Positions 11,339-24,079 are shown, numbered from the stretch's first letter. The stretch is 64,000 nt of DNA from Polyangiaceae bacterium UTPRO1 (GCA_002050235.1 MWST01000033.1:1986-65985); one strand, 5' to 3'. Numbers and translations: made by a program. Notes: generated by a model from the letters alone, not told the origin.

Positions 11339-11761
11339 ATGGCGAGACCAGAAGCAGCCACGAAGCCGGCGGCGGCAGATCGTGCCGGGGGACGGCGCAA
11401 GAAGGCCAAGCGTGCGGTCCCCGAAGGCGTGGCGCACATACATTCGACGTTCAACAACACGATCATCACCATCACCGATCCTGCCGGCAACGTCGTGTCG
11501 TGGGCGAGCGCGGGCAACGTCGGCTTCAAGGGGTCGCGCAAGGGCACGCCCTTCGCGGCGCAGCTCGCGGCCGACGCCGCGGCGAAGCGCGCGATCGACG
11601 CGGGCATGCGTACCGTGCAAGTGTTCGTGAAGGGTCCGGGGGCGGGTCGCGAGTCGGCGCTGCGATCGTTGCAGGCGGCCGGCTTCACGATCAGCCTCAT
11701 CAAGGACGTGACGCCGATCCCCCACAACGGGTGTCGGCCGCCGAAGCGACGGAGAGTCTGA
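11339..11761 (+). CDS. rpsK: 30S ribosomal protein S11
   Basis: [46 protein letters not shown]. Confidence 0.95.
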   Translation: MARPEAATKPAAADRAGGRRKKAKRAVPEGVAHIHSTFNNTIITITDPAGNVVSWASAGNVGFKGSRKGTPFAAQLAADAAAKRAIDAGMRTVQVFVKGPGAGRESALRSLQAAGFTISLIKDVTPIPHNGCRPPKRRRV

Positions 11762-11844
11762 GAGCGTACAGTCGAAGCAAGGCCGCCGGCGTGGCTGGAC
11801 GGTCGTGAACGGGCCGACGAGGTCGGTCCAGGAGGTTCAGCAGC

Positions 11845-12471
11845 GTGGCTCGTTACCGAGCGTCAGTTTGCCGGCTCTGCCGGCGTGAAGGTTTGAAGCT
11901 CTTGCTCAAAGGAGAGCGGTGCTACACCGACAAGTGCGCCATCGAGCGGCGCAATTATCCGCCAGGCCAGCACGGCCAGGGCCGGGTGAAGTTCTCGGAG
12001 TACAGCCTGCAGCTGCGCGAGAAGCAGAAGTTGAAGCGCACGTACCAGCTGCTCGAAGGCCAGTTCCGACGACTCTTCGACAAAGCGGAGCGCATCAAGG
12101 GCGTTACCGGCGAGAATCTCATGATCCTGCTCGAGCGGCGGCTCGACAACATGATCTACCGGCTGGGCTTCGCGAATTCCCGCGCCGAGGCGCGCCAGCT
12201 CGTGCGGCACGGCCATTTTCTGGTAAACGGGCGCAAGGTGGACATCCCTTCCGCGCTACTCAAAGTCGGGGACGTCGTGACGGTGCGTGAGCGTAGCCAC
12301 AAAGTCGCACGCATCCAGGAGGCGCTCGAGCTGTCACAGCGCCGCGGCGTGCCGGAATGGCTCGAGGTCGATCGTCCGAACTTCACCGGACGCATCCGCG
12401 CGCTGCCGGCCCGCAGCGACTTGACCATGCCGATCAACGAGAAGTTGGTCGTCGAGCTCTACTCCAAGTAA
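11845..12471 (+). CDS. rpsD: 30S ribosomal protein S4
   Basis: [44 protein letters not shown] zinc-finger N-terminus; GTG start. Confidence 0.95.
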   Translation: MARYRASVCRLCRREGLKLLLKGERCYTDKCAIERRNYPPGQHGQGRVKFSEYSLQLREKQKLKRTYQLLEGQFRRLFDKAERIKGVTGENLMILLERRLDNMIYRLGFANSRAEARQLVRHGHFLVNGRKVDIPSALLKVGDVVTVRERSHKVARIQEALELSQRRGVPEWLEVDRPNFTGRIRALPARSDLTMPINEKLVVELYSK

Positions 12472-12489
12472 GCGCGCACGGAGGTCCAA

Positions 12490-13512
12490 ATGAACAGAAA
12501 CTGGCGTGACATGATCAAGCCGAAGCGGCTGGAGCCGGACGAGAAGAGCCTCACGGCCACCTACGGCAAGTTCGTCGGCGAGCCCTTCGAGCGTGGCTAC
12601 GGCACCACGATCGGCAACTCGCTGCGCCGCATCCTCTTGTCATCGCTCCATGGCGCGGCGATCACGGCGGTTCGCATTCGCGGCATCCTGCACGAGTTCT
12701 CGACCTTGCCTGGAGTCACCGAAGACGTGACCGACATCGTCCTGAACCTGAAGGAGGTGAGGGCGAAGCTGCTCGACTCTGCTGCCGACACCATCCGGCT
12801 CTCGGTAAAGGGCGAAAAGAAGGTGACCGCGGCCGATATCGTGACCGGTCCGCGCGTCGAGATCCTGAATCCGGACCAGCACATCGCGACGCTCTCGAAG
12901 GATGCGAGCCTCGAGATGGAGATGGTGGTGAAGCGGGGGCGGGGCTACGTCTCGGCCGAGCACAACAAGGAAGAGGGCGATCCCGTCGGAACGATTCCAC
13001 TCGACGCCATCTTCTCGCCGGTGCTCAAGGTAAACTTCAACGTCACCAATGCGCGCGTCGGGCAGCGCACCGACTATGACCGTCTGGTCATGGAGATTTG
13101 GACCGACGGTAGCGTCAAACCCGATGATGCGCTCGCGTACGCAGCGCGCATTCTCCAGGATCAGGTGTCCATCTTCATCAATTTCGAGGAAGAGTCCGAG
13201 GTAGCCGAACCACTCGAGGAGGCGAGCGAGGGCAAGGTAAACGAGAACCTCTTCCGGCCCGTCGATGAGCTCGAGTTGTCCGTGCGCTCGGCCAACTGCC
13301 TCCAGAACGCCGACATCAAGTTCATCGGCGAGCTGGTACAGCGCTCCGAGCAGGAGATGCTCAAGACCAAGAACTTCGGGCGGAAGAGCTTGAACGAGAT
13401 CCGGGAGATCCTGCACGAGATGGGACTCGGCTTCGGCATGCGGCTCGAGAGCTTCCCGAGCCGTGAGGATCTCGAACGCCGCCGCCTGCAGAAGGAGAAG
13501 GAGACCGCCTGA
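12490..13512 (+). CDS. rpoA: DNA-directed RNA polymerase alpha subunit
   Basis: 340 aa; [19 protein letters not shown]-terminal domain and a C-terminal alpha-CTD ([22 protein letters not shown]). Confidence 0.95.
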   Translation: MNRNWRDMIKPKRLEPDEKSLTATYGKFVGEPFERGYGTTIGNSLRRILLSSLHGAAITAVRIRGILHEFSTLPGVTEDVTDIVLNLKEVRAKLLDSAADTIRLSVKGEKKVTAADIVTGPRVEILNPDQHIATLSKDASLEMEMVVKRGRGYVSAEHNKEEGDPVGTIPLDAIFSPVLKVNFNVTNARVGQRTDYDRLVMEIWTDGSVKPDDALAYAARILQDQVSIFINFEEESEVAEPLEEASEGKVNENLFRPVDELELSVRSANCLQNADIKFIGELVQRSEQEMLKTKNFGRKSLNEIREILHEMGLGFGMRLESFPSREDLERRRLQKEKETA

Positions 13513-14003
13513 TGCGTCATCTGAACGCCGGACGCAAGCTCAATAGGTCGGCGTCGCACCGTCGAGCGCTGTTTCGCAATTTGGTGACGGCGCTCCTCGA
13601 GCGCGAGCGCATCAGGACGACCGACGCCAAGGCCAAGGAGACCCGCAGACTCGCCGAACGCATGATCACGCTCGGCAAGCAGGGAACGCTCGCTGCACGC
13701 CGGCGGGCGCTCGGCTTCGTCCAGAGTCGAGCGGTCGTGAAGAAGCTCTTCGACGACATTGCACCGCGCTTCAAGGAACGAAGCGGAGGATACACGCGCA
13801 TCATAAAAGTAGGCATCCGCCATGGCGATGCGGCGCCGGTCTCCGTGATCGAGCTCGTGACGCGCGCGGCCGACCTCGAGGCGGCGAGCGGCGGCGACAA
13901 GAAGAAGCGCCGCGGCGCGGCGCGCAGTCAGCGGGCGCAAGCTAAGGGCAGCAAGGGCGGCGCCTCGGAAAAGGCGGCGGGTAAGCGCGCCGCGGCCGGC
14001 TGA
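13512..14003 (+). CDS. rplQ: 50S ribosomal protein L17
   Basis: [43 protein letters not shown]; Lys/Ala-rich C-terminal tail. Confidence 0.93.
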   Translation: MRHLNAGRKLNRSASHRRALFRNLVTALLERERIRTTDAKAKETRRLAERMITLGKQGTLAARRRALGFVQSRAVVKKLFDDIAPRFKERSGGYTRIIKVGIRHGDAAPVSVIELVTRAADLEAASGGDKKKRRGAARSQRAQAKGSKGGASEKAAGKRAAAG

Positions 14004-14044
14004 AGGGAGCGGCGGCGTCGTTCCGAGCGCCGCGCCGGTCAATC

Positions 14045-14073
14045 TTGACTGCCCGGGCGAAAGCGCGTATCTA
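14045..14073 (+). promoter_or_regulatory. candidate sigma70 promoter (TTGACT - 17 nt - TATCTA) in the 173-nt rplQ-argS gap
   Basis: cTTGACTgcccgggcgaaagcgcgTATCTAgg read directly; the only sizeable intergenic gap in the first 50 kb. Confidence 0.35.
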
Positions 14074-14176
14074 GGCTCAATAGCTCGGGTTTTTCAATGC
14101 CGACCGCCTTTCATCGAGCACCGCGACGGGTGCGCTGGTGGCGCCGACCCGGCGCGATCTCCGTCCCTGGAGGGGC

Positions 14177-15841
14177 ATGAAGAAGCCTCTCGAAGACTTG
14201 CTGCGCGAGGCCTGTGAGCGGGCCGTCAAGGGGGGAGAGCTGGTTACGACGACTCTCCCCCCTTTGTTTCTGAGCGTTCCGAAGGAAGCGGACCACGGCG
14301 ACCTCGCCACCAACGTGGCGATGACGCTCGCCCGTGGCGAGAAGAAGCCGCCGCGCGCGGTCGCGGAAATCATCGTGCGGCACATTCGTGACCCGGAGAA
14401 GATCCTCGCCGAGGTTGCGATTGCCGGACCGGGCTTCATCAACTTCCGCTTCGCGCCCGCATACTGGTGGCGTCGACTCATCGACTGCGAACGCGCCGGC
14501 GAGGCGTACGGCCATTCTCGAATCGGCGCCGGCACCCGCCTCCAGATCGAGTTCGTGAGCGCCAATCCGACCGGGCCGCTGCACGTCGGGCACGCTCGCG
14601 GTGCCGTCACCGGCGATGCGATCGCCCGCCTCCTGGCGGCGACTGGCCATGCAGTCGAGCGCGAGTACTACGTGAACGATGCCGGTACCCAGATGGAGAT
14701 GCTGGGTGCGTCGACGTACGCCCGCTACATGGAGCTCTGCGGTCGGCCAGTGGCGTTTCCCGACGAAGGCTATCATGGGGACTACGTTCGCGACGTGGCC
14801 GGCGCGATCCGGGCGCTCGAGGGCGATCGCTGGGTGGATGCCGACCCGAGCGCGGCGTGCGCACACATGCGCGACCGCGCCGGCGACATGCTCCTCGCTG
14901 CCATCCGCGACGATCTGGCGATGCTCGGCATCGAATTCGACGCCTATGTGAGCGAGCGGCAGCTCCGAGATGACGGCGTGGTCGCTGCGGCGCTCGCCGC
15001 CCTCGAGGCGCGCGGGGTCGTGTACGACGCCGAAGGCGCGCGCTGGTTCCGCTCGACCCAGTTCGGGGACGACAAGGATCGACCGCTGGTGAAGTCGGGA
15101 GGCGAGTTCACCTACTTCGGCGCCGACGTCGCCTACCATCGCGACAAGCTCGCCCGCGGATTCGACCGCATCATCGACGTCTGGGGCGCCGACCACCATG
15201 GCCACATCTTGCGCATGAAAGCCGCGCTGACGGCGCTCGGTCTGGACGCCGAGCGGCTCGAGGTGGTGCTGGTGCAGGTCGTGAGCCTGACGCGTGCGGG
15301 TGTGCCGGTGCGGATGGGAAAGCGCTCCGGGTCATTCGTCACGCTGCGCGAGGTCGTGGAAGAGGTCGGAGCGGACGCAACGCGGTTCTTCTTGCTCATG
15401 CGGAAGTCGGATGCGCAGCTCGAGTTCGACCTCGATCTCGCCAAGCAACGCTCGGCCGAGAATCCCGTCTTCTACGTCCAGTACGGTCACGCCCGGATCG
15501 CGAGCATCTTCAAGCAGGCGGCCGCAGCCGGCCATGACCGCGCGGCCGTCGGGGTCGCCGATCCGAGTCGCCTCGTAGAGCCCGAGGAGCTGGCACTCGT
15601 TCGCGCGCTCGCGCAGTTTCCCGAAACGGTGGAACAGGCCGCGCTGGCGCGCGAGCCGCACCGCCTCGTATTCTACCTCATGCAGCTCGCCGGTGATTTC
15701 CATCGCTACTACAACCGTACCCGCATCCTCGGCGAGGATCGTGAGCTCAGCGGGGCGCGCCTACTTCTCGCCGCGAACGTGCAAAAGGTGATTCGCGTCG
15801 GGCTGCAGCTATTGGGCATCGGTGCGCCCGACGCCATGTGA
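14177..15841 (+). CDS. argS: arginine--tRNA ligase
   Basis: Class I aaRS with PTGPLHVGHARGAVTGDAIARLL (HIGH) and an ArgRS-like anticodon-binding C-terminus. ATG 14177 has GGAGGGG upstream; the ORF-track start at 14138 is less likely. Confidence 0.9.
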   Translation: MKKPLEDLLREACERAVKGGELVTTTLPPLFLSVPKEADHGDLATNVAMTLARGEKKPPRAVAEIIVRHIRDPEKILAEVAIAGPGFINFRFAPAYWWRRLIDCERAGEAYGHSRIGAGTRLQIEFVSANPTGPLHVGHARGAVTGDAIARLLAATGHAVEREYYVNDAGTQMEMLGASTYARYMELCGRPVAFPDEGYHGDYVRDVAGAIRALEGDRWVDADPSAACAHMRDRAGDMLLAAIRDDLAMLGIEFDAYVSERQLRDDGVVAAALAALEARGVVYDAEGARWFRSTQFGDDKDRPLVKSGGEFTYFGADVAYHRDKLARGFDRIIDVWGADHHGHILRMKAALTALGLDAERLEVVLVQVVSLTRAGVPVRMGKRSGSFVTLREVVEEVGADATRFFLLMRKSDAQLEFDLDLAKQRSAENPVFYVQYGHARIASIFKQAAAAGHDRAAVGVADPSRLVEPEELALVRALAQFPETVEQAALAREPHRLVFYLMQLAGDFHRYYNRTRILGEDRELSGARLLLAANVQKVIRVGLQLLGIGAPDAM

Positions 15842-15857
15842 TGGGGAGGGGGAGCGG

Positions 15858-16631
15858 ATGGCCGGAAAAGGGACGCGTCACCGTTTCGAGCTCAGCCGTC
15901 TCGAGATCGTCGGCATTTTGGCCGGAGCCACGGCGGCGCTCTTCGTGGTGTTCCTGCTCGGGGTGTACGCCGGGAGAGGGCTCGCCGAGCGTACGGGCGG
16001 CGACGGACAACAGATCGTGCGCATGGCCGTCGCTCCCGCGATCGAGCAGACGCCGGGCGCGGACGAGAGCCTGACGTTCTACGAGACGCTGGACCGCGGC
16101 GGGGCCGCCGACGGCCACGCTACGGACGCCGAGCGCGGCGTGGCTGGGGCGCGGCCGTCGCCGCCGAAGATCCATGAGGACGTTCCGGCCGTGAAGGCGC
16201 CGGAGGCCGCGCCGATGCCTCCCACGGGCGAGGGCGCGGCCGCTGCGGCGCAGAAGCGCGAGCCGGCGCCGGCCGCCGCTGCCGCGACGCCCGCCCAGAA
16301 GGCGGAGCAGCGGCCGACTCCGCCCGCGCCGGCGCGCGTCCCGGTCGCTATCGCCCCTACAGCGATGCCGACGCCGGTAACGCGCACCGGGGCCAAGGGC
16401 GACTGGAGCGTTCAGGTGTCGGCGACCCGCGACCCGCGTACGGCCGACGGCATGCTGCGCCGCTTGCAGGGCAGGGGCTACGATGCCTTCGTGCTGAAAG
16501 TGAGGCGGCGGGGCGAGACCTTCTACAGGGTCCGGGTCGGCCACTACGCGACGCTCGAGGAGGCCCAGAAGGTCGTGACGCGGCTCCGCAGGGAGCCGGG
16601 CGTCCCGGAGGCGTTCGTCGCTTCCGACTGA
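15858..16631 (+). CDS. SPOR-domain (peptidoglycan-binding, FtsN/DedD-like) membrane protein
   Basis: One TM helix (LEIVGILAGATAALFVVFLLGVYAG), an Ala/Pro-rich linker and a C-terminal SPOR fold (WSVQVSATRDPRTADGMLRRLQGRGYDAFVLKV...YRVRVGHYATLEEAQKVVTRLRRE). Confidence 0.75.
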   Translation: MAGKGTRHRFELSRLEIVGILAGATAALFVVFLLGVYAGRGLAERTGGDGQQIVRMAVAPAIEQTPGADESLTFYETLDRGGAADGHATDAERGVAGARPSPPKIHEDVPAVKAPEAAPMPPTGEGAAAAAQKREPAPAAAAATPAQKAEQRPTPPAPARVPVAIAPTAMPTPVTRTGAKGDWSVQVSATRDPRTADGMLRRLQGRGYDAFVLKVRRRGETFYRVRVGHYATLEEAQKVVTRLRREPGVPEAFVASD

Positions 16632-16638
16632 GGGCGAG

Positions 16639-18146
16639 ATGAGCGCGTGCACACCGAGCCTTGCCGACTTCCTCGACCTGTCGCGTCGCGGCAACCTCGT
16701 CCCGGTCTTCCGTGAGATCCTCGCCGATACCGAGACGCCGGTGTCGGCGTTCCTCAAGACGACCCGCGGCGAGCATGCGTTCCTGCTCGAAAGCGTGGTC
16801 GGCGGCGACAAATGGGGCCGCTACAGCTTCCTCGGGTCGGAGCCGTCCGCGGTCTTCGCGAGCCGGGGCACGACCGTTTCACTCGCCGAGCACGGGAAGC
16901 CGCTGCGCACGTACGAAACCGCCGATCCCTTGGACGCGCTCCGGGCGATCCTCGCCGGCTATCGGGCTGTGCCGGTTGCCGGGCTGCCGCGCTTCTTCGG
17001 CGGCGCGGTCGGCTACGTCGCCTACGACGCGGTCCGCTTCTTCGAACGCCTGCCGTCGCGACTCCCGGATCCGCTCGGGCTCCCGGAGCTCTACTTCATC
17101 GTCCCGGCGAGCCTGCTCGTGTTCGACACCATCGCGCAGTCGATCAAGGTCGTCGTCAACGTCGATCTGCGCGATCCGGAGATCGATCCGCGCGCGGCCT
17201 ACGAGGCGGCGACCGCGCGCATCGACGAGCTGGTGGCGCGCCTCGCCGCGCCGCTGACGCTGCCCGAGGCGCTGCCGACGACCGGAGAGCGCTTACCGGT
17301 CGCGGCCAACATGACGGCGGCCGAGTACGGCGCCATCGTCGAGCGCGCGAAGGAGTACATCCGGGCCGGCGACATCATCCAGGTCGTGCTCGCCCAGCGC
17401 CTCGAAGCCGAGCTGCGCGCTGCGCCGTTCGACGTCTACCGCGCGCTGCGGACGGTGAATCCGTCGCCCTACATGTTCTACCTGCATCTCGGCGAGCAGA
17501 CGCTCGTCGGTTCGTCGCCCGAGGTGATGGCGCGCGTCGAGGACGGCGAGCTCACGGTCCGGCCGATCGCCGGCACGTCGCCGCGTGGCACACAGGAGGC
17601 CGAGGACCGCGAGCTCGAGCGCAAGCTCCTCACCGATCCGAAGGAGATCGCGGAGCACATCATGCTCCTCGATCTCGGTCGCAACGACGTCGGTCGGGTC
17701 GCAGAGGCCGGCAGCGTCGAGGTGACCGAACGGCTCGTCATCGAGCGCTACTCGCACGTGATGCACATCGTCTCGAACGTGCGCGGCAAGCTCGCCGCGG
17801 GGCGCGATTGCTTCGACGCTTTCCGCGCCACGTTCCCCGCGGGAACGCTCTCCGGAGCGCCGAAGATCCGCGCCATGGAGATCATCGAAGAGCTCGAGCC
17901 GGTACGCCGCGGTGTCTACGGTGGCGCTATCGGCTATTTCGGCTTCGGCGGCACGATGGACACGTGCATTGCGATCCGCACCATGCTCATCAAGAACGGG
18001 AAGGTATATCTCCAGGCCGGCGCCGGCATCGTCGCCGATTCCGATCCGGTGCGGGAGCATGCCGAGTGTCTCAACAAGGCGCGCGGTCTCCTGCTGGCGT
18101 TGCAGCGCGCCGAGCGGCTCGCTCCCGACCTCGGAGAGCGAGTCGC

Positions 18147-18150
<4 letters not shown>
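16639..18150 (+). CDS. trpE: anthranilate synthase component I
   Basis: 503 aa; N-terminus [19 protein letters not shown] and C-terminal chorismate-binding motifs ([20 protein letters not shown]). Confidence 0.93.
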
Positions 18151-18766
<616 letters not shown>

Positions 18767-18770
<4 letters not shown>

Positions 18771-19834
18771 TCAATCAGGGGAGCGAGGCGCCGGAGGCGG
18801 CGCTGCAGTGCGTGCGCGCCGCAATCGTAACCGTGGTCGCGGGCCGCGATCTCGACGAGGGCGCCATGCGTGCGGTCGTGGATACCGTCATGAGCGGTGC
18901 GGCGACGCCGGCGCAGATCGGCAGCCTGCTCACGGCCTTGCGGATGAAAGGAGAGAGCGTCGACGAGCTCGTGGGTACGGCGCGGGCGCTGCGCGCGCGC
19001 ATGCTGCGCGTGCCCTGGAGCGGGTTGGCCGTCGACACCTGCGGCACCGGCGGCGACGGCGCCGACCTCTTCAACGTATCGACGGCCGTCGCGCTGGTCG
19101 TGGCGGGCGCGGGCGTCGTCGTCGCCAAGCACGGCAACAGAGCGCAGTCCGGGCGGGTCGGCGGCGCCGACGTGCTCGAGGCGCTCGGCGTGCGCATCGA
19201 CCTGCCGCCGGAGGGCGTCGCGCGCTGCCTCGAGCGCGCCGGCGTCGGGTTCTGCTTCGCACCCCGGTTCCATGCGGCCATGCGCTACGCCGCGGGCCCG
19301 CGGCGCGAGATCGGGCTGCGGACGATCTTCAATCTCGCCGGTCCGCTAGCCAATCCCGCAGGGGCGGCGGTGCAGCTCGTGGGCGTGGCGGAGCCGCGGT
19401 GGACGGCGCCGATGGCCGAGGCGCTTCGCCGTCTCGGCGCGTCGCGCGCGCTCGTCGTGCATGGGTCCGGGCTCGACGAGATCAGTACGGTGGGGCCGAC
19501 GCGCGTCAGCGAGGTCGGACCCGACGGAGTGCGGACCTACGAGCTCTCGCCGGCCGACTTCGGGCTCGCCGACAGCGGGCCCGTGCCGCGTCTGATCGAT
19601 GCCGCGGAGAGCGCGGCTACCATCCGCAGCGTCATTTCCGGAGTCGTCGGACCGGCGCGCGACCTGGTCCTCGTCAACGCCGCCGCCGTGCTCGTGCTCG
19701 CCGGACGGGCGGTCGACTGGCGCGCCGGTATGGCCGCGGCTGCGGCGGCGGTGGACGGCGGTGCGGCCGCGCGCGCACTTGCGTGCCTCGTCGAGACGAG
19801 CAACGAGTACAGCGAGGAAGCCGCGTCCGCATGA
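18767..19834 (+). CDS. trpD: anthranilate phosphoribosyltransferase
   Basis: [56 protein letters not shown] 18767 overlaps the trpG stop. Confidence 0.9.
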
Positions 19835-20604
19835 GCACACTCCAGGCCATCGTCGATCACGCCGCGCACGAGCTCGAGGCGCGTCGCCGGTTGCGGCCGC
19901 TCCGGCAGCTCACCGAAGCGCCGCTCTTCGCGCGGCCGCGCCGCGACTTCGCGGCCGCGCTGCGCGCGCCCGGGCGACGCATCGTCGCGGAGGTGAAACG
20001 CGCTTCGCCGTCTCTCGGGCGCATCCGCGACGACTTCGATCCGGTCGCGATCGCGACCGGCTATGCGGCTGCAGGTGCGGCAGCGATCTCGGTGCTCACC
20101 GAGGGGCGCTTCTTCGAGGGCAGTCTCGACGACCTCGCGGCCGTCCGCGAGCACGTCGACGTACCGCTGCTGCGCAAGGACTTCCTCTTCGAGCCGTACC
20201 AGGTGTACGAGGCGCGGGCGGCGGGCGCGGATGCGTTCCTCCTGATCGCCGCCATTCTCCCGGCGGAGATCCTGCGCGAGCTCGTGGCGCTCGGCCGCGA
20301 GATGGAGATGACGGCGCTCGTCGAGATCCACACCGCCCAGCAGCTCGAGCGCGCGCTTGCCGCCGAGGCGACCGTCATCGGCATCAACAACCGCGACCTC
20401 GACACTTTCGTGACCCGCCTCGAGACCGGCCTCGAGCTGGTCGGTTCGGTCCCGCCGGAGCGTACGGTAGTGATCGAGAGCGGCCTCAAGACCGGCGCCG
20501 ACATCGCGCGCTTCGAGGCCGCCGGCGTACGCGCCTTTCTGATCGGCGAGACCCTGATGCGCGCCCCCGATCCGGGCGTGGCGCTGCGCGGACTCCTGGC
20601 GTGA
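19831..20604 (+). CDS. trpC: indole-3-glycerol phosphate synthase
   Basis: RIVAEVKRASPSLG...LRKDFLFEPYQVYEARAAGADAFLLIAAIL...VIGINNRDL; ATG 19831 overlaps the trpD stop. Confidence 0.9.
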   Translation: MSTLQAIVDHAAHELEARRRLRPLRQLTEAPLFARPRRDFAAALRAPGRRIVAEVKRASPSLGRIRDDFDPVAIATGYAAAGAAAISVLTEGRFFEGSLDDLAAVREHVDVPLLRKDFLFEPYQVYEARAAGADAFLLIAAILPAEILRELVALGREMEMTALVEIHTAQQLERALAAEATVIGINNRDLDTFVTRLETGLELVGSVPPERTVVIESGLKTGADIARFEAAGVRAFLIGETLMRAPDPGVALRGLLA

Positions 20605-21233
20605 TCGCACCCCGCAAGCGTCCGCTCTGCGTCAAGATCTGCGGCATCACGCGGCCGGACGATGCCGTCGCCGCGGTGGCGGCGGGAGCCGATCTGCTCG
20701 GCTTCAACTTCCATCCGCAGAGTCCGCGCTACATAGCACCGGAGGATGCGGCACCGATCGTCGCCGCGCTGCCGCCGCAGGTGCGGGCGGTCGGCATCTT
20801 CGTCGACGCCGACCCGGCTTTCGTCGAGCATGCGCTCGCGATTGCGCGGCTCGGCCTCCTGCAGTTTCACGGCAGCGAGAGCCGCGACTACTGCCTGCGC
20901 TTCGCCGTTCCGGCGATGAAGGCGCTGCGCGTCGCGAGCTTCGCCGACCTCGACGCCGCCGCGGCGGCGTATCCCGAAGGCTGGCTGCTCGTCGACACGG
21001 CCGATCCCGAGCGCTACGGCGGCACGGGCCGGTCGCTGCCGGCGGTGCCGGTAGCGCGTGAGCTCGCGCGCCGGCTCTTCGTCGCCGGCGGCCTGAAGCC
21101 GACCACCGTCGCCGACGTAGTGCGCCGAATGCGTCCGCTCGGCGTCGACGCCTGTTCGGGCGTGGAGCGCGCCCCCGGCGTCAAAGACCACGCGCTCCTG
21201 AGAGATTTCGTGACTCATGCCAAGACTGCCTGA
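20601..21233 (+). CDS. trpF: N-(5'-phosphoribosyl)anthranilate isomerase
   Basis: [35 protein letters not shown]...QFHGSES; GTG 20601 overlaps the trpC stop. Confidence 0.88.
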   Translation: MIAPRKRPLCVKICGITRPDDAVAAVAAGADLLGFNFHPQSPRYIAPEDAAPIVAALPPQVRAVGIFVDADPAFVEHALAIARLGLLQFHGSESRDYCLRFAVPAMKALRVASFADLDAAAAAYPEGWLLVDTADPERYGGTGRSLPAVPVARELARRLFVAGGLKPTTVADVVRRMRPLGVDACSGVERAPGVKDHALLRDFVTHAKTA

Positions 21234-22434
21234 CGAGCGCGGCCACTTCGGCCCGTACGGCGGCCGCTACGTGAGCGAGACGCTCATGCCGGCGTTGTTC
21301 GAGCTCGAGCGCGCCTACAACCGGCTCCGCAAGGAGGCGCGCTTCAAGCGCGAGCTTCGCGATCTGCACGAGCGCTACACCGGACGCCCGACGCCGCTCT
21401 ATTTCGCCGAACGGCTGACGCGCACACTCGGCGGCGCGCGCGTCTACCTGAAGCGTGAAGACCTCTGTCACACGGGCGCGCACAAGATCAACAATACGCT
21501 CGGACAGATCCTGCTCGCCAAGCGCATGGGGAAGACCCGCATCATTGCCGAGACCGGCGCCGGGCAGCACGGCGTTGCCACGGCGACGGCCGCCGCGCTC
21601 TTCGGCTTCAAGTGCGAGGTCTACATGGGGAGCGAAGACGTCCGCCGCCAGGCGCTGAACGTCTTTCGCATGAAGCTCCTCGGCGCGACCGTGCACCCGG
21701 TCGACTCGGGGAGCCGCACTCTCAAAGACGCTCTCAACGAGGCGATGCGCGACTGGATCACCAACGTGCGCGACACCTTCTACATCATCGGCTCGGTCGC
21801 CGGTCCGCATCCGTACCCCATGCTGGTGCGCGATTTCCAGGCGGTGATCGGCCGCGAGGCGCGTCGGCAGATTCGCCATGCCGCCGGCAGGCTCCCCGAC
21901 GTGCTGATCGCCTGCGTCGGCGGCGGCAGCAACGCGATCGGCCTCTTCCACCCGTTTCTCGCCGACCGTAGCGTGCGCATGGTCGGCGTCGAGGCGGCGG
22001 GGCGCGGTATCGAGACCGGCGAGCACGCGGCCTCGCTGACGGCGGGGCACGTCGGCGTCCTGCACGGCAACAAGACCTACCTCCTGCAGAGCGAGACCGG
22101 TCAGGTGCAGATCGCGCATTCGATCTCGGCGGGGCTCGACTACCCCGCCGTCGGTCCCGAGCACAGCTATCTCAAGGACAGCGGCCGCGTCGCCTATGAG
22201 ACCGCCGGCGACGAGGCCGCCGTCGCGGCGCTGCGTATGCTGGCCGAGCAAGAAGGAATCATCGCCGCGCTCGAGAGCGCGCACGCCGTGGCCGCGGCGA
22301 TCCGTATCGCGCCGACGCTGCCGCGCCGCGCGATCGTCCTCGTCAACCTCTCGGGTCGCGGCGACAAGGACATGGAGACGGTCGCCGAGCATCTGGGCAT
22401 CCGGCTCCGCGAACCGGGGGAGGAGCGCACGTGA
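21217..22434 (+). CDS. trpB: tryptophan synthase beta chain
   Basis: [19 protein letters not shown]...[20 protein letters not shown] (PLP lysine context). Confidence 0.95.
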   Translation: MPRLPDERGHFGPYGGRYVSETLMPALFELERAYNRLRKEARFKRELRDLHERYTGRPTPLYFAERLTRTLGGARVYLKREDLCHTGAHKINNTLGQILLAKRMGKTRIIAETGAGQHGVATATAAALFGFKCEVYMGSEDVRRQALNVFRMKLLGATVHPVDSGSRTLKDALNEAMRDWITNVRDTFYIIGSVAGPHPYPMLVRDFQAVIGREARRQIRHAAGRLPDVLIACVGGGSNAIGLFHPFLADRSVRMVGVEAAGRGIETGEHAASLTAGHVGVLHGNKTYLLQSETGQVQIAHSISAGLDYPAVGPEHSYLKDSGRVAYETAGDEAAVAALRMLAEQEGIIAALESAHAVAAAIRIAPTLPRRAIVLVNLSGRGDKDMETVAEHLGIRLREPGEERT

Positions 22435-23234
22435 GCCGCATCGCGAAGACCTTCGCCCGGCTCGGCGACGAACGCCGTGCGGGATTCGTGCCGTTCCTCA
22501 TGGCGGGCGATCCCGGCCTCGACGTCACGCGCGAGCTGCTGCGCGCAGCGATCGACGCCGGCGCCGACCTGATCGAGCTCGGCGTGCCCTTCTCCGACCC
22601 GATGGCCGACGGTCCGGTGCTGCAGCGCTCGGCCGAGCGCGCGCTCGCCCTGGGGACGACGCTGACCCAGGTGCTCGAGCTCGTGGCCGAGCTGCGCCGC
22701 GATTCGCAAGTGCCGATCGTTCTCTTCGGCTACGCCAACCCGCTCCTGCGCTACGGCGCCGAGCGGTTCGCTCGCGACGCCGCGACCAGCGGCGTCGACG
22801 GCGTTCTTTGCGTCGACATGCCGCCGGAGGAAGCCGATGACCTCGAGCCGGCGCTCGCGGCGGCGGGCCTCGACATGATCTTCCTCCTGGCGCCGACGAG
22901 CGACCGCGGGCGCATCGATGCCGTGCGCGCCCGCGCCCGCGGCTTCGTCTACTACGTGTCGATCACCGGCACGACGGGCGCCGGGGCGCCCGATCCCGCG
23001 GCGGTCGCAGCGATGGTCGGCGACGTGCGGTCGCGCGTCGGCCTGCCGGTCGGCGTCGGCTTCGGCATCACCGGCCCCGAGCAGGCGGCGACGCTTGCTC
23101 GCGCCGCCGACGCAGTGATCGTCGGGAGCGCCGTGATGCGGCTCGTCGAGGAGCATCCCGGCCCGGGATTCTTGCCGGCCGCGCGCGCTTTCCTGGGGGA
23201 CCTGGCGGCCGCCGTGCATGCGGCGCGCGGCTGA
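22431..23234 (+). CDS. trpA: tryptophan synthase alpha chain
   Basis: [51 protein letters not shown] overlapping the trpB stop. Confidence 0.93.
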   Translation: MSRIAKTFARLGDERRAGFVPFLMAGDPGLDVTRELLRAAIDAGADLIELGVPFSDPMADGPVLQRSAERALALGTTLTQVLELVAELRRDSQVPIVLFGYANPLLRYGAERFARDAATSGVDGVLCVDMPPEEADDLEPALAAAGLDMIFLLAPTSDRGRIDAVRARARGFVYYVSITGTTGAGAPDPAAVAAMVGDVRSRVGLPVGVGFGITGPEQAATLARAADAVIVGSAVMRLVEEHPGPGFLPAARAFLGDLAAAVHAARG

Positions 23235-23254
23235 GCGCTGGCGCGGATCTGGGG

Positions 23255-24079
23255 ATGACGAAGCCCGTGGCCGATCTCTGGACGCGCTGCGACGGGTGCC
23301 ACGTCCTCGTCTATCGGAAGCAGCTAGAGCGTCGCCTATACGTCTGTCCCCAGTGCGGTCATCATCAGCGCCTCACCGCCGCGCAGCGCCTCCAGCTCCT
23401 TCTCGACCGCGGCACGTTCGTGGAGCGCGACGCCGAGATCGGATCGCGCGACGTGCTCGGCTTCCCCGATACCCCTCCATACGCGCAGAGGCTGCGCGAG
23501 ATGCAGGACAGCGCCGGGCACCGTGAGGCAGTGATCACCGGCACCGGCCGTGTCGGCGGCGTGGCGATCGCGATCGCGGTCTTCGACTTCTATTTCCTGG
23601 GCGGCAGCATGGGGTCGGCGGTGGGAGAGAAGCTCACGCGGCTGATCGAGTACGCGGGCGCAGCGCGTCGGCCGCTCGTCATCGTATCGGCGTCGGGAGG
23701 AGCCCGCATGCAGGAGGGGATTTACTCGCTCATGCAGATGGCGAAGCTCACCGGCGCGCTCGGGCGACTGCGCGAGGCCGGGGTGCCGTACGTCTCGATC
23801 TGCACGGACCCGACGACCGGCGGCGTCGCGGCCTCCGTGGCCCTCCTCGGCGACGTCAATCTGGCCGAACCGCGCGCGCTCATCGGCTTCGCCGGTCCGC
23901 GCGTCGTCGCCCAGACGCTGAGCGAAGATCTGCCGCCGGGGTTCCAGCGCGCCGAGTTCCTGCTCGAGCACGGCATGCTCGACGCCGTCGTCGAGCGCCG
24001 CGATCTGCGCCGGACGCTGGCGCGCGTACTGGCGCTTCTGCCGACCCGCAGCCGTGCCGGCGGCGGGCGCGGCCGCTGA
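23255..24079 (+). CDS. accD: acetyl-CoA carboxylase carboxyltransferase beta subunit
   Basis: N-terminal Zn ribbon CDGCHVLVYRKQLERRLYVCPQCGHH followed by a CoA-carboxyltransferase domain (FDFYFLGGSMGSAVGEK). Confidence 0.92.
   Translation: MTKPVADLWTRCDGCHVLVYRKQLERRLYVCPQCGHHQRLTAAQRLQLLLDRGTFVERDAEIGSRDVLGFPDTPPYAQRLREMQDSAGHREAVITGTGRVGGVAIAIAVFDFYFLGGSMGSAVGEKLTRLIEYAGAARRPLVIVSASGGARMQEGIYSLMQMAKLTGALGRLREAGVPYVSICTDPTTGGVAASVALLGDVNLAEPRALIGFAGPRVVAQTLSEDLPPGFQRAEFLLEHGMLDAVVERRDLRRTLARVLALLPTRSRAGGGRGR

Noticed and set aside
13990-14040. Possible terminator hairpin after rplQ (GGCGGCG...CGCCGCGCC)
   Set aside because: The stem is imperfect and there is no T-tract. It is not convincing as an intrinsic terminator.
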